Positions 1 through 9,934 of a stretch of 32,000 bases of DNA are shown piece after piece. The position numbers were made by a program, and so were the translations under genes. The notes below the pieces were generated by a model that had not been told where the DNA came from, did not search any database, and saw only the letters and a program-made list of their open reading frames with translations. Location of the stretch: assembly GCF_014280195.1 (NCBI RefSeq), contig NZ_CP047960.1, positions 360,001 to 392,000 on the forward strand, written 5' to 3'. Source of the DNA: Synechococcus sp. A15-24. Lineage in GTDB: Bacteria; Cyanobacteriota; Cyanobacteriia; PCC-6307; Cyanobiaceae. Numbering within the stretch: the first letter of the stretch is position 1; every line of letters begins with the position of its first letter.

Positions 1-501
1 CGCAGATGCAGGTGGAGGAATCAGCGGCAGAAAGCTGTTGAGAATGAGCTCCTCGTTATGGGCATAGAACAATGCAAGTTGTTCATAGGTAGTCCAAGCC
101 GTATTGGTATCCTGTGGTAGAGCGTCATTGGTGCTGATGAAACGTACATAAGGAAAACTTCGCTGGAAGAGAGGAATTAGGCGCTCTTCGGTTTGAACAA
201 TGAGCTCGCTGACATCTGCAGCTGCCTTGGCTACAAGGTGAACCAGTCGTAGCTCATCACCAAGATCCCTCTTCCTTCCCTCCACGACGAGGGTCCTAAC
301 GCGATCGCAGGGTCCTCGCCATGGTCGGCCAGGCGAAGGCCTTTCCAGCATGGCTATTGCTTGAAAGGTTTTCCAGGCCTGTTTGTAGTAGCAGCAACGC
401 TCCATTTTGTTGGCGGCTTCAGTCATGCTGATTAAATCGCTTTCAGCTTCTGCTTGAAGAGCCTTTTCCACATGCCAGGACAAGTTGGAGAAGCGCATCA
501 T
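1..501 (-). CDS. hypothetical protein, N-terminal 167 codons only (gene runs off the left edge)
   Basis: Absent from the ORF track because no stop lies inside the window. The reverse strand is open from ATG at 501 (in-frame TAA at 520-522 just upstream) down to base 1: MMRFSNLSWHVEKALQAEAESDLISMTEAANKMERCCYYKQAWK...YAHNEELILNSFLPLIPPPASA. No family recognised. Visibly more A/T-rich than neighbouring genes. Confidence 0.4.
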   Translation of the reverse strand, partial: MMRFSNLSWHVEKALQAEAESDLISMTEAANKMERCCYYKQAWKTFQAIAMLERPSPGRPWRGPCDRVRTLVVEGRKRDLGDELRLVHLVAKAAADVSELIVQTEERLIPLFQRSFPYVRFISTNDALPQDTNTAWTTYEQLALFYAHNEELILNSFLPLIPPPASA

Positions 502-608
502 TGTGTGGAGGTGGTCGCTTTAAGGAACCGTGGTAGTTGCTCAGCGGCTTATGAGTCGCTGCACAACTATCAACCTTGGCATAGAAGGAGGGATGGCCAT
601 TTCAGCTC

Positions 609-2011
609 TCAGGCCCTCTCCACCCCATCCCCGCAACGGATCCGCTGACGGTCGAATTTGCGTTGGAGGTGTGGTGTGATCCCAAGTTCTGCTCCGTCCC
701 AGAGGCGATCCATTTCTCGGGTGAAGTGTTTAGAGAGCTGAGGTGAATGAATGACCAGCAGGGTTTCGTCGTTGGTGTGAGCAGCCGAGGGCGACCAATT
801 GAAGGATCCTGTGACCACGGTTTTGTTATCGATCACGGCGAACTTGTGGTGCAGCGTGTCGCTTCTGGCGAGGCGAGGGGTGCCGACACCGCGAATGGGT
901 TTTGCGAATGGTTTGTTGTGGGCCTCGAGTTTGCAATCGCGATCGGGCAGGGCCACCCCCAGCAGATCCAGCACCTCTGAGAACGATCGGCTGGCGAACC
1001 CAGGGTCAGCCACCAGCCGAATTTTCACACCGTCGTTGGCGCGCTCCTCCAGCACATCCGCCAGCTGCTGAGCCGAGAACACGAACAGGGCCATGTCGAT
1101 CTGGTTCTTGGCGGAGGCCAGTAGTGCTGCCAGCCAGTTCAACCCGTGGTCGGCATTGCGTTTGGGGTGGGGTGCGAACAGCACCTCTACCTCCACATTG
1201 CCCACCTGCACGCGCTCGGCGTCCGTTCGGCCACCTTTGCCCAGCCCGAAGCGGCTGTCCTTGGCGCCACCAGGGCCATCGCCCCACATCCGCTCGAACT
1301 CGCGTCGGAAGACAGCAGCCAGTGCAGGGCTGTCGATGCGCAGCAGATGGTTGACGTTGCCTCGTGTTCTGGGTTTTCCGGCATCACCATGGAGGCCGGA
1401 ACTGGTGAAATTGGCGCTGCCGTGATCACGCTGCGGTCGTCGACCACCACGAATTTGTGGTGCATCAATCCATTGCCACTGCTGCCGTCCTCGGTGTCAT
1501 CCAGCAACGGCACCCCGGCCTGGAGCAGTAACCTCACGACATCATCCTGTCGGGCTTCCTCCGCAGTCGTGATGCCATCTCCATCGGCATCGGCCAGGTC
1601 CTGGAGTTGGTGCCAGCGATGCCGCTGGTGCTTGGGGAGATGGCTGGGTTGCTGGTCACTCCAGGGGGTGCTGTAGCTTTTCTCCAGCACGAGCTTCACA
1701 TGCACCCCCCGCCTGTGGGCGGCGATCAGATGCCTGGCCAGGCTTGGTAACGACAGCTCTTGAACGGCCACCAGCAGGCTGGTGTCAGCACCCTCAATCG
1801 AATCGACGATCAATTGCTCCAGGTCATCACCGTTGCGCCATTGGCCTGTCAGGGGTGACTGGTAATGGCTCCCGACGCGGTGGTTGAAGGCCAGAGCAAA
1901 TCCGGGCGGCAGGGGGAGATCAGCTTCAACAGCACCAACAATCTCCTCAGGTCTGCTGCAGCTACAGCACAGAAGCAGCTGCAACAGCAGGAGCGCAGTG
2001 GGGGAACGCAT
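609..2011 (-). pseudogene. phospholipase D-family protein with two HKD motifs, split by a 1-nt frameshift
   Basis: Track ORFs 1187..2011 and 609..1289 form one gene. The first carries the start of HKD motif 1 (LMHHKFVVVDDRSVIT) and then becomes nonsense. Shifting one base at the CC at 1420-1421 gives VIT-GSANFTSSGLHGDAGKPRTRGNVNHLLRIDSPALAAVFRREFERMWGDGPGG, which runs straight into the second ORF. That ORF holds HKD motif 2 (HHKFAVIDNKTVVTGSFNWSPSAAHTNDETLLVIH). Hydrophobic signal-like N-terminus MRSPTALLLLQLLLCCSCS. Confidence 0.75.
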
Positions 2012-2061
2012 CAGTGTCGAAGCAGCTCTCTCTCAGTGTTCCCCTGGTCGGCGGCAGCCTG

Positions 2062-2268
2062 TCAGTGGGGCATCTCTGAGGTTTTGAGCATGGCGACGAA
2101 CCAGAGGCCACTCAGCACAAGAGCCGCTGCGACCCCAGCGCCGATGCCCACTCGGGCCATCACCAGCGGAACGATCAAAGGAAAAGCCATCGCCCCTGCG
2201 AGAGGGGTGATGGCAACAAACCAACGCAGGGCGGTTGGCGACTCGGATTCGGAGGAGTTCAGAACCAC
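2062..2268 (-). CDS. small hydrophobic protein (two predicted TM segments)
   Basis: 68-aa ORF with a GTG start overlapping the stop of the upstream gene by 10 nt. GC-rich third positions. Hydrophobic stretches WFVAITPLAGAMAFPLIVPLVMA and GIGAGVAAALVLSGLWFVAML. Confidence 0.45.
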   Translation of the reverse strand: MVLNSSESESPTALRWFVAITPLAGAMAFPLIVPLVMARVGIGAGVAAALVLSGLWFVAMLKTSEMPH

Positions 2269-3350
2269 TCGGCGCGAGCTTCGCTGGCGGGGTTGCTGTT
2301 GTCTTCGGGGGTCTGACGCTCGAAGTTGAGGGTGATGTTGCGCTTCTGTTCACCGTCTGCAGCTGTGGCTTCGATGGCGTAGACCTGCTCTCCATCACGG
2401 AATGGAACCTGGATGCGAAAGGTTCCATCGGTGGACAGAGGCACCTCTTCACCGCCGATTGTGAGACGGGCCGAGGGGTCGGTGGCGCCGTAGACGATCA
2501 ATTCAGCATCGGCGACCAGCCAGAAAGAGCGCTGACGGGGAGCGACGCCACCAATGCCGGACTCATTGCGACCGCTGGCCCAGAGGCCGATGCCGGAGTC
2601 GCTCAGGCAGTAACGATCGGAATCGGCGGAGGAATCAAGAGCTTCCTGGAATTCCTCGGAGCCGACGCGACGACGACGGAAGTGAACCGTGGCACTTTGG
2701 TAAAGACGCTCATGCAAGCCACTGTCACTGGGTTCAGCGGGAGGAGCCACCGGAGCCGGTTCAGCAACAGCAGGGGAAGCGTTGTCCAGACTGAAGGGGA
2801 CGAACTGGTCGAGAATCTGCTCACTGGGGTGCAGGGCAGGAACGCGGGCCACGGACGAGAAAGCCAGGGACATCCAGGTGGTGCCGATGCGATAGCCGAG
2901 CTCAACGCGGTAATCGCGATCGCAGAGAGGAACAGGCAGATACCACTCGGTGCTGTGGCTATCGACGGGGACTTCCTGGAGGGTGTGGGGATGGGCGCTG
3001 CCGTCCTGCATGCCGGTCACATCAGCAAGGCGAAGGCAGAGGCGGCTGGCTCCCTCTTTCTGAGCGCGCTTGCGATCGTTGTCGGAGATCTCCCAGAACA
3101 CGTAGGCCCACTGGGGATCACGGGGGAGAAAGACCACGCGGGTCTCGGTTGTGGGGAGTGCCTGAGGGGTCAACTCGGCTTCGATGGCCTTGAGGTCGCC
3201 ACCCCGCTTCTCCTGACGTTGCGCCACCTCACCAACCAGAGCTTCCTTGCTCTTACGGCTGTAAAGAGGTACACCGAGATCGCTGGCGATCTGGCGTAAT
3301 TGACGCAGGGTCAGACGTGCCAATGAGGTCAGGGTCTGAGACACGTCCAA
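2259..3350 (-). CDS. conserved cyanobacterial protein, Rho_N/SAP-like N-terminus plus DUF4912-like body
   Basis: 363-aa ORF. The N-terminus LTLRQLRQIASDLGVPLYSRKSKEALVGEV resembles the Rho termination factor N-terminal helix-hairpin. This is followed by VVFLPRDPQWAYVFWEISDNDRKRA...YRVELGY, as I recall for DUF4912 proteins. Confidence 0.65.
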   Translation of the reverse strand: MDVSQTLTSLARLTLRQLRQIASDLGVPLYSRKSKEALVGEVAQRQEKRGGDLKAIEAELTPQALPTTETRVVFLPRDPQWAYVFWEISDNDRKRAQKEGASRLCLRLADVTGMQDGSAHPHTLQEVPVDSHSTEWYLPVPLCDRDYRVELGYRIGTTWMSLAFSSVARVPALHPSEQILDQFVPFSLDNASPAVAEPAPVAPPAEPSDSGLHERLYQSATVHFRRRRVGSEEFQEALDSSADSDRYCLSDSGIGLWASGRNESGIGGVAPRQRSFWLVADAELIVYGATDPSARLTIGGEEVPLSTDGTFRIQVPFRDGEQVYAIEATAADGEQKRNITLNFERQTPEDNSNPASEARAEWF

Positions 3351-3476
3351 AACTCCAGGATTCGTTTGGGATCATTTTGCGATGAAAAAATCCTTTCCGA
3401 ACCGTTAACGAACCCAGGGTCAGTGGATCCTGACCCTAAAGGCTTGGATGAAAGCGGGGATCACTGTCACTCACAC

Positions 3477-3506
3477 AAAAAAGCGGGACTCAGGCCCCGC
3501 TTTTTT
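3477..3506 (-). terminator. rho-independent terminator downstream of cpcG (symmetric, could act on both strands)
   Basis: AAAAAAGCGGGACTCAGGCCCCGCTTTTTT: stem AGCGGG/CCCGCT flanked by an A-run and a T-run. Starts 20 nt past the cpcG stop. Confidence 0.7.
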
Positions 3507-3525
3507 GATGGCTTGAGGACTGGAT

Positions 3526-4284
3526 TCAGCGACCGATGCTGCGATAAGGAACGCGAGACATGTAGTCGATATCGGTGCTGGATGAGCCCCCACCTGGGTT
3601 GGGCATTGGGAGATCCTTGAGCCAGGCCATGTAGTCGCTGGGAGATCCACCACGCTTGATCTTGCCTCGTGCGGGAATCTGTTTTGCCGGACCGCCCATG
3701 AAGACGATCTGGGGGAAGCCCAGGATCCCCCGGTAGTACTCGTCGTAGCGAGGGCTGGTGATGTTGAACGGAGTATCACCGAGCTCACGGCCGGGGAGCA
3801 CGCGATTGCGTTGCGACGGAACGGTGTCGTACCCAAAAGCGTCCAGGTATTCCTGACTGTCGAGCAGGACGTCCACCAGTCCCTCGACGCCCTTGGTGGC
3901 GATCACGATCGACCAGGCGATCTCTTCAGACTTGTTGGTTTTGCGTCCCAGCAGCTTCTCCACAAGGTGGCGCACCACCTTGTAGTTGCTGTTCATGCCG
4001 TAGAAGCTGCGCTTGAAGGTGTCCGAGAGAACCAGTCCGCGGATGAAGTCCCGAACCGTGATCTGACCGTCCTTCAGCTGGGACTCGAGATTCACGTCCC
4101 GATCGGACTTGAAGGCGTGGAAGTAGATCTGGCGGTAGGCGCTTTCGATCACCGTGACGAGGTTGTCCCGGTCCATGGCGATATCCATGGAATTGGCGCG
4201 GGCCGTTTCATCGGATTGAACACGCAGGGCTGCCACCCGAGAGTTCTGGGTGATTGGTGCGTACTCCAGAAGGGGAATGGCCAC
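3526..4284 (-). CDS. cpcG: phycobilisome rod-core linker polypeptide CpcG
   Basis: Strong match to remembered CpcG sequence: AYRQIYFHAFKSDRD..LESQLKDGQITVRDFIRGLVLSDTFKRSFY..NSNY..IAWSIVIATKG..FGYDTVPSQRNRVLPGRE..PFNITSPRYD..LGFPQIV. The track ORF starts at a TTG at 4329. The conserved N-terminus MAIPLLEYAP begins at the in-frame GTG at 4284, giving 252 aa. Confidence 0.9.
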   Translation of the reverse strand: MAIPLLEYAPITQNSRVAALRVQSDETARANSMDIAMDRDNLVTVIESAYRQIYFHAFKSDRDVNLESQLKDGQITVRDFIRGLVLSDTFKRSFYGMNSNYKVVRHLVEKLLGRKTNKSEEIAWSIVIATKGVEGLVDVLLDSQEYLDAFGYDTVPSQRNRVLPGRELGDTPFNITSPRYDEYYRGILGFPQIVFMGGPAKQIPARGKIKRGGSPSDYMAWLKDLPMPNPGGGSSSTDIDYMSRVPYRSIGR

Positions 4285-4392
4285 GCGAGCTTCAGCATCC
4301 ACTGCCGGCGATCGTAGAAGTGCCCGCAAGCCCCCACTCCGTGGGCTTGAGCAGCGATTACATCCCGTAATAGTCGCCCTGGGTACTTCTGC

Positions 4393-4989
4393 TTACCAGC
4401 CGAAGGGGGCGAGGGTTTTGGCGGGCTCGTTGTTGGCGGATACGGCTGGGGGCGCGGTGTCCAGCATCCGTGTCTCCATGCAGAACGATGCGTTGTTGGA
4501 CAACCCCTGAACCGTGCTGGTGCGTAGCCGCAGGTTGGGACCGGCGAACCAGAAGCGCTCTAGGGAACTCATCATTTCGTAGTCGGTGGTGAGGATCAGG
4601 CCGTTCTCCGCATCCATGTGGAACTGCCCAGCCACCGGTGCCTTCTCGGCATAGCCGCGATCCCGCAGCAACAACCCGCTTCGTCCGGAGTCGTCGCTGG
4701 GGATGAGGCCGAACATGGTCTGGTCTTCGTGGGATTCGCCGGCGCGATCCCAGGCCATGGAGCCGCTCCAGCGCACCCTGCAGCCTCCGACGATCCGCTC
4801 AACGCTCTCGTTGTTGCGCTGGGCGATCTCGGCCAGTCGCGCGTCCCCTTTGTGCAGCTCTTCCACCACGATGAATGACGCACCGGCTTCGGCCCGACGG
4901 TGCAACAGGTGGTGCTGGCTGCGCTGTGAGGTCCAGCGACCGCAGCTCAAGCGAAAGAAGCTGAGGGAATCAGCGATCTCAAGGGGCAT
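4393..4989 (-). CDS. cpcS: CpcS/CpeS-family phycobilin lyase
   Basis: 198 aa. Family hallmark near the N-terminus: FFRLSCGRWTSQRSQHHL, followed by a lipocalin-like body. Adjacent to cpcG. The subfamily (CpcS versus CpeS/CpeU) cannot be decided here. Confidence 0.8.
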   Translation of the reverse strand: MPLEIADSLSFFRLSCGRWTSQRSQHHLLHRRAEAGASFIVVEELHKGDARLAEIAQRNNESVERIVGGCRVRWSGSMAWDRAGESHEDQTMFGLIPSDDSGRSGLLLRDRGYAEKAPVAGQFHMDAENGLILTTDYEMMSSLERFWFAGPNLRLRTSTVQGLSNNASFCMETRMLDTAPPAVSANNEPAKTLAPFGW

Positions 4990-5338
4990 CGGCGCTTCTG
5001 TTCTGAAGTTGATGATGGCAGCGGGCTTCCGCGGCAGTGATCAGGTCGTCGAGCTGGAGTTCAAGCGGGGGTTTGCCGAGGCTGTCGGCAAGGACCTGAA
5101 GTTGCTCGGCGGCTCCATTGAGTTGGTGCATTAATGATCGTAGAAAGGCTGGATCTTCTGCGACGACAGGCTGCTGTTCGCACCAACGGCGACGGCTGGC
5201 GGCATCGGGAAGCAGGCCTTCGTTGCCCCGTCCCATGGCCTGGAAGCTGTCAAGGCAGTGGGCCAGCAGACGCAAATGGTGGCGATCCATCTGCGGCAGC
5301 AGCGTGGCATCAATCCTGGCGATCACGGCGGCATCCAC
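4979..5338 (-). CDS. hypothetical protein
   Basis: 119-aa ORF, same strand and tightly packed (11-nt overlap with the downstream lyase gene, 6 nt after sufR). No recognisable motif. Confidence 0.5.
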   Translation of the reverse strand: MDAAVIARIDATLLPQMDRHHLRLLAHCLDSFQAMGRGNEGLLPDAASRRRWCEQQPVVAEDPAFLRSLMHQLNGAAEQLQVLADSLGKPPLELQLDDLITAAEARCHHQLQNRSADAP

Positions 5339-5343
5339 TGCCT

Positions 5344-5985
5344 TCAGTTCTGCAGTGGTGTGATGCGGAAGCCGCAGGCATGCCCTCCCTCGAGGCGCCA
5401 GTGCACCCTCTCCACCTGACAGTCGGGAACCGTCCTGCGGATCAGCACCAATTCCTGGTCACAGACGGCTGGAAATTCCTCGGCAATCCGCTGCACGGAG
5501 CAGTGGACTTCCTGCAGGCGCCAGCTCACCCCGTCGTCCTCCGGGCTGCAGAGGGTGACGTAGCCCTCGTCCCGCCGCAGGCTGGCCAGCTGCTCAAGGC
5601 GCTGTTGCAGCGGACCGTTGCCGATCCGATCCCGGTAGCGGCTGGCCTTGTCTTCCGCCTGCTGGTTCAGCAGGGTTCGCACGGTCTCTTCCGGCAGGCT
5701 GGCCCGCATGGAGTTCAGAAGTCCCAGGGCGAAGCGTTGGCTGCCATCGGGGAACTGATCCCGCCCTAGGTCGGTCAGGCGCCAGCGGTTGCTTGGCCGG
5801 CCAGGACCGGAGACGCTGGGGCTCGCTTCGGCCAGGCCAGCCTCGGCCAGGGTTTTCAACTGTCGTCGAACCGCCTGGACCGACAGGTTCAAGGTTCCGG
5901 CCAGGTCAGCGGCGTCGGCATCCCCGCGCTCCAGCAGCAGGGACAGCAAAGCGTCGCGAGTGCTGGCCTGAACTTGGGAACTCAT
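5344..5985 (-). CDS. sufR: iron-sulfur cluster biogenesis transcriptional regulator SufR
   Basis: Winged-helix N-terminus (TRDALLSLLLERGDADAADLAGTLNLSVQAVRRQLKTLAEAGL) and a Cys-containing C-terminal domain (C..VHCSVQRIAEEFPAVCDQE...GGHACGF). Divergent from the suf operon as in other cyanobacteria. ATG at 5985 is preferred over the upstream GTG at 6039. Confidence 0.85.
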   Translation of the reverse strand: MSSQVQASTRDALLSLLLERGDADAADLAGTLNLSVQAVRRQLKTLAEAGLAEASPSVSGPGRPSNRWRLTDLGRDQFPDGSQRFALGLLNSMRASLPEETVRTLLNQQAEDKASRYRDRIGNGPLQQRLEQLASLRRDEGYVTLCSPEDDGVSWRLQEVHCSVQRIAEEFPAVCDQELVLIRRTVPDCQVERVHWRLEGGHACGFRITPLQN

Positions 5986-6087
5986 GGTGCGCAGAACCTG
6001 TTTCCACGATGCCACCGGAATGGCCGCCCCGGCGTTCACAATGGTGTTTCTCCATAGGCCGACCTGTTGCCTTAGGCTTCGAATAAG

Positions 6088-6103
6088 GAAACCAGGTCGT
6101 TTC
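6088..6103. promoter_or_regulatory. candidate operator: perfect inverted repeat GAAAC-N6-GTTTC in the sufR / ftrC-suf divergent region
   Basis: GAAACCAGGTCGTTTC ends 20 nt upstream of the ftrC ATG. It resembles the CAAC-N6-GTTG type of SufR site as I remember it. Two further GTTTC half-sites at 6000-6004 and 6046-6050. Confidence 0.25.
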
Positions 6104-6122
6104 GTAACTTCATTGTTCCTCT

Positions 6123-6479
6123 ATGTCTGACGCCGCTCCCGAGCCCACCGCCGAAAGCCTGGAGGTCATTCGCAAGTTCGCTGAGACCTACGCCCAGCGC
6201 ACAGGCACGTACTTCTGTGCTGAGGCCAGCGTGACTTCCGTGGTGCTGAAGGGGCTGGCACGCCACAAGGACGAGCTCGGCGGTGCGCTGTGTCCCTGTC
6301 GTCATTACGAAGACAAGGAAGCTGAGGTGTCCCAGGCCTTCTGGAACTGCCCCTGTGTGCCGATGCGTGAGCGCAAGGAGTGCCACTGCATGCTCTTCCT
6401 CACCGAAGACAACCCCTTCGCCTGCCCGAACAAAACCCAGACGATCTCTACCGAGACGATTCACGCCACTGCCGGCTGA
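6123..6479 (+). CDS. ftrC: ferredoxin-thioredoxin reductase catalytic subunit
   Basis: 118 aa with the diagnostic Cys pattern CPCRHYEDKEAE...FWNCPCVPMRERKECHCMLFL. Confidence 0.9.
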   Translation: MSDAAPEPTAESLEVIRKFAETYAQRTGTYFCAEASVTSVVLKGLARHKDELGGALCPCRHYEDKEAEVSQAFWNCPCVPMRERKECHCMLFLTEDNPFACPNKTQTISTETIHATAG

Positions 6480-6484
6480 CCTGA

Positions 6485-7924
6485 ATGACCAGCACCTCCA
6501 CACGGGACCTCGTCAGCCAGCCGTACAAGTACGGCTTCGTCACCGAGATTGAGACCGACAAGATCGCCAAAGGTCTCAGTGAAGACGTTGTTCGTCTGAT
6601 CTCGGCCAAAAAAGAGGAGCCTGCGTTTCTGCTGGAGTTCCGGCTCAAGGCGTTCCGCCATTGGCTCACCCTTGAGGAGCCCGACTGGGCGGCTTTGGGG
6701 TATCCGCTGATCGATTATCAGGACATCGTTTACTACGCAGCTCCGAAGCAGCAGGACAAAAAGGCCAGCCTTGATGAGGTGGACCCCAAGCTGCTGGAGA
6801 CCTTCGACAAGCTTGGGATCCCTCTGAGCGAGCAGAAGCGATTGAGCAACGTGGCTGTGGACGCTGTGTTTGACAGCGTTTCGATCGCCACCACGTACAA
6901 GGAGAAGTTGGCGGAGCACGGTGTGGTGTTCTGCTCCTTCAGCGAAGCGGTCAAGGAGCATCCCGAGTTGATCGAGCGCTACCTGGGTTCCGTGGTGGCA
7001 AGCAACGACAACTATTTCGCGGCACTGAACTCAGCAGTGTTCAGTGATGGCTCCTTTGTCTTCATCCCGAAGGGTGTCGAGTGCCCGATGGAGCTCTCCA
7101 CCTATTTTCGGATCAATTCCGGCGACACGGGTCAGTTCGAGCGCACGCTGATCGTCGCCGAAGAAGGGGCTTCTGTGAGCTATCTCGAGGGCTGCACGGC
7201 TCCGATGTTCGACACCAATCAGTTGCACGCTGCTGTGGTGGAGCTGGTGGCCCTGGATGACGCCTCGATCAAGTACTCCACCGTTCAGAACTGGTACGCG
7301 GGTGATGAACATGGCGTCGGCGGCATCTACAACTTCGTCACCAAGCGGGGGCAGTGCCGGGGTGCCCGCAGCCGCATCAGCTGGACGCAGGTGGAAACTG
7401 GCTCCGCCATCACCTGGAAATACCCCAGTTGTGTGCTGCAGGGAGCTGATTCGGTTGGTGAGTTCTATTCCGTGGCACTCACCAACAATCGGCAGCAGGC
7501 CGATACCGGAACAAAGATGGTTCATGTGGGGCCCCGCACCCGCTCCACGATCGTGAGCAAGGGAATCAGCGCCGGTCATTCCAGCAACAGCTACCGCGGT
7601 TTGGTCCAGATGGGACCTGCAGCGAAAGGGGCCCGCAACTACAGCCAGTGCGACTCGATGTTGATCGGCGACCAGGCGGCCGCCAACACCTACCCCTACA
7701 TCCGCTCCCAGCAGCCTCAGGCGGCCATCGAACACGAGGCCAGCACCTGCCGCATCTCCGAAGATCAGCTCTTTTATCTGCAGAGCCGCGGCATCGGCTT
7801 CGAAGAGGCGGTGTCGATGATGGTCAGCGGCTTCTGCCGCGATGTGTTCAACCAGCTGCCGATGGAGTTCGCCGCCGAGGCGGACAAGCTGCTGGCCCTC
7901 AAGCTCGAGGGATCCGTGGGCTGA
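6485..7924 (+). CDS. sufB: Fe-S cluster assembly protein SufB
   Basis: 479 aa. Typical SufB sequence: [61 protein letters not shown]. Confidence 0.97.
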   Translation: MTSTSTRDLVSQPYKYGFVTEIETDKIAKGLSEDVVRLISAKKEEPAFLLEFRLKAFRHWLTLEEPDWAALGYPLIDYQDIVYYAAPKQQDKKASLDEVDPKLLETFDKLGIPLSEQKRLSNVAVDAVFDSVSIATTYKEKLAEHGVVFCSFSEAVKEHPELIERYLGSVVASNDNYFAALNSAVFSDGSFVFIPKGVECPMELSTYFRINSGDTGQFERTLIVAEEGASVSYLEGCTAPMFDTNQLHAAVVELVALDDASIKYSTVQNWYAGDEHGVGGIYNFVTKRGQCRGARSRISWTQVETGSAITWKYPSCVLQGADSVGEFYSVALTNNRQQADTGTKMVHVGPRTRSTIVSKGISAGHSSNSYRGLVQMGPAAKGARNYSQCDSMLIGDQAAANTYPYIRSQQPQAAIEHEASTCRISEDQLFYLQSRGIGFEEAVSMMVSGFCRDVFNQLPMEFAAEADKLLALKLEGSVG

Positions 7925-7964
7925 CCTCTGGCTCCATGTTCTCTTCTTTCTCTCTTCATCTCCA

Positions 7965-8753
7965 GTGATCCGCCCCGACGCCGAGCTGCTTCTCGACATC
8001 ACCAACCTGCATGCCTCTGTTGAGGATCAGCCCATCCTCAAAGGGGTGAACCTGCAGGTGAGGGCCGGTGAGATCCATGCGGTGATGGGCCGCAACGGCA
8101 GCGGCAAAAGCACCCTGTCCAAGGTGTTGGCTGGTCATCCCTCTTATCGCGTTACAGCTGGCACCGTGCGGTACCGCGGCTCCGATCTGTTTGAGCTTGA
8201 GCCGGAGGAGAGGGCTCGCCTCGGGGTGTTCCTCGGTTTTCAGTACCCGGTGGAGATTCCCGGGGTGAGCAACCTTGAGTTCCTGCGCGTGGCCGCCAAC
8301 GCCCGCCGCAGCAAGCAGGGGTTGGAGGAACTCGACACCTTCGACTTTGAAGACCATGTTCAGCAGAAGCTCCAGGTGGTCCAGATGGACCCCGCCTTCC
8401 TGGAACGCAGCGTCAATGAAGGGTTCTCCGGTGGAGAGAAGAAGCGCAATGAGATTCTCCAGATGGCCCTGTTGGACACCGTGGTGGCCATCCTCGATGA
8501 AACGGATTCCGGCCTGGACATCGATGCCCTGCGCATCGTGGCTGGGGGTGTGAACCAGTTGGCCACACCGGACAACGCCACGCTGCTGATCACCCACTAT
8601 CAGCGTCTGCTCAATGAGATCACGCCCGATTACGTCCATGTGATGGCGGCCGGTCGCATCCTGCGTACCGGTGGTCGTGACCTGGCCCTGGAGCTGGAAA
8701 AGACCGGTTACGACTGGGTGGACAAGGAACTGGCAGCCCAGGGAGTCGCTTGA
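7965..8753 (+). CDS. sufC: Fe-S cluster assembly ATPase SufC
   Basis: Walker [10 protein letters not shown], signature [13 protein letters not shown], Walker [12 protein letters not shown]. The track ORF (7842) overlaps sufB. The conserved N-terminus (V/M)[11 protein letters not shown] starts at the in-frame GTG at 7965, giving 262 aa. Confidence 0.95.
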   Translation: MIRPDAELLLDITNLHASVEDQPILKGVNLQVRAGEIHAVMGRNGSGKSTLSKVLAGHPSYRVTAGTVRYRGSDLFELEPEERARLGVFLGFQYPVEIPGVSNLEFLRVAANARRSKQGLEELDTFDFEDHVQQKLQVVQMDPAFLERSVNEGFSGGEKKRNEILQMALLDTVVAILDETDSGLDIDALRIVAGGVNQLATPDNATLLITHYQRLLNEITPDYVHVMAAGRILRTGGRDLALELEKTGYDWVDKELAAQGVA

Positions 8754-9934
8754 CCATGGCAAGCGCGGTGTTGGCACCGGTTCAGGAGCGCGGACGGGCC
8801 GCATTGGAGAGGCTCGGTTTGCCGACCCGCCGCCAGGAGTCGTGGCGGCTCACGGATCTCAAACGCCTGGAGGCGTTGGCGCGGCTCCCCCTGAGTGCAG
8901 TTGTGGCGCCCCCAGCAATCCCTCCAGTCGCAGCAGGTGTGCACCGGTTGGTGCTCGATGGTCAGGGTGACCCCCTCGACGGTGTTGTTATGCCGGAGGG
9001 ATTGAGTGTCCTCTCCGCGGTGGAACTGGAGCAGGCGTTGGGTCACACCCTGGATCGCTGCGGCTGTGCCGGTAGCTGGCCCGTGGAACTCAACCATGCC
9101 TCGGCGCGGCAGGTGTTGGCCCTACGGGTGCGTGGTGCGGTAGCTCCCTTGGAGCTGGTGCTGACCGGTGCTGCTGGTCTGACGGCCACCCGGGTTGTGC
9201 TGTTGGTGGAGGAGAAGGCGAGCCTGGATCTGCTGCAGGTGCTGCATTCCGATGGGGCCTCGGCCCATAGCCATGTGCTGGAGGTGCACCTGGGCCAGGA
9301 AGCCCAGCTGCGCCACGGACTGCTGGCCACGGCTGACGGTCAGGCGTCGTTGCTCGCCCATTTGGCGGTGGAGCAGGAGCCCCGCAGCCGTTATGTCTTC
9401 ACCTCTGTGGTGCAGGGATGGGATCTGGCGCGGGTTGAGCCACGGGTAGTGCAGGTGGATGGACAGGCGACCACAGAGCTCAAGGGTCTGGCGGTCAGTC
9501 AGGCGGAGCAGCAGTTGGCCACCCACACGGCTGTGCGTTTCGACGGACCGGAGGGGGAGCTGGATCAGCTGCAGAAATGCCTGGCCGGCGGTCGCTCCCA
9601 TGCCATCTTCAACGGTGCCATTCAGGTGCCCCGGGACGCGCAGCGCACCAATGCGGCACAGCTCAGCCGCAATCTGCTGCTGTCCGAGCGGGCGCGGGTG
9701 GACACCAAGCCCGAGTTGGAGATCGTGGCCGACGATGTCCGTTGCGCCCATGGCGCCACGGTGAGTCAGTTGCAGGAAGACGAGTTGTTCTATCTGCAGA
9801 GTCGCGGGATCGCCGCCGCTGATGCTGCCGCTCTGTTGCTGCGGGGGGCCTGCCAGGAGGTGATCGAGCACCTGCCGGCCTCGGCGGAGGCCTGGGGCCC
9901 CCTGGAGCGGGTGATGGCGGGGTTGAGCCGATGA
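8750..9934 (+). CDS. sufD: Fe-S cluster assembly protein SufD
   Basis: C-terminal SufB/D signature [33 protein letters not shown]. Position between sufC and sufS. Start is either TTG at 8750 (overlapping the sufC stop) or ATG at 8756. Confidence 0.9.
   Translation: MTMASAVLAPVQERGRAALERLGLPTRRQESWRLTDLKRLEALARLPLSAVVAPPAIPPVAAGVHRLVLDGQGDPLDGVVMPEGLSVLSAVELEQALGHTLDRCGCAGSWPVELNHASARQVLALRVRGAVAPLELVLTGAAGLTATRVVLLVEEKASLDLLQVLHSDGASAHSHVLEVHLGQEAQLRHGLLATADGQASLLAHLAVEQEPRSRYVFTSVVQGWDLARVEPRVVQVDGQATTELKGLAVSQAEQQLATHTAVRFDGPEGELDQLQKCLAGGRSHAIFNGAIQVPRDAQRTNAAQLSRNLLLSERARVDTKPELEIVADDVRCAHGATVSQLQEDELFYLQSRGIAAADAAALLLRGACQEVIEHLPASAEAWGPLERVMAGLSR

Noticed and set aside
454-648. 64-aa plus-strand ORF between the left-edge gene and the PLD gene.
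   Set aside because: It overlaps the start of the better-supported minus-strand ORF (1..501) and the PLD 3' end. It has no motif and poor composition.
7031-8005. Long antisense or alternative-frame ORFs throughout the track. Examples: 7031..8005, 2235..3299, 7956..8804, 9122..9940, 9976..11010, 14220..15188, 22602..23177, 25584..26216, 27769..28497, 29383..30306, 30620..31528.
   Set aside because: Each lies opposite or out of frame to a gene with clear family motifs. Their translations are Arg/Gly/Ala/Pro-rich low-complexity strings, typical of shadow ORFs in GC-rich DNA.
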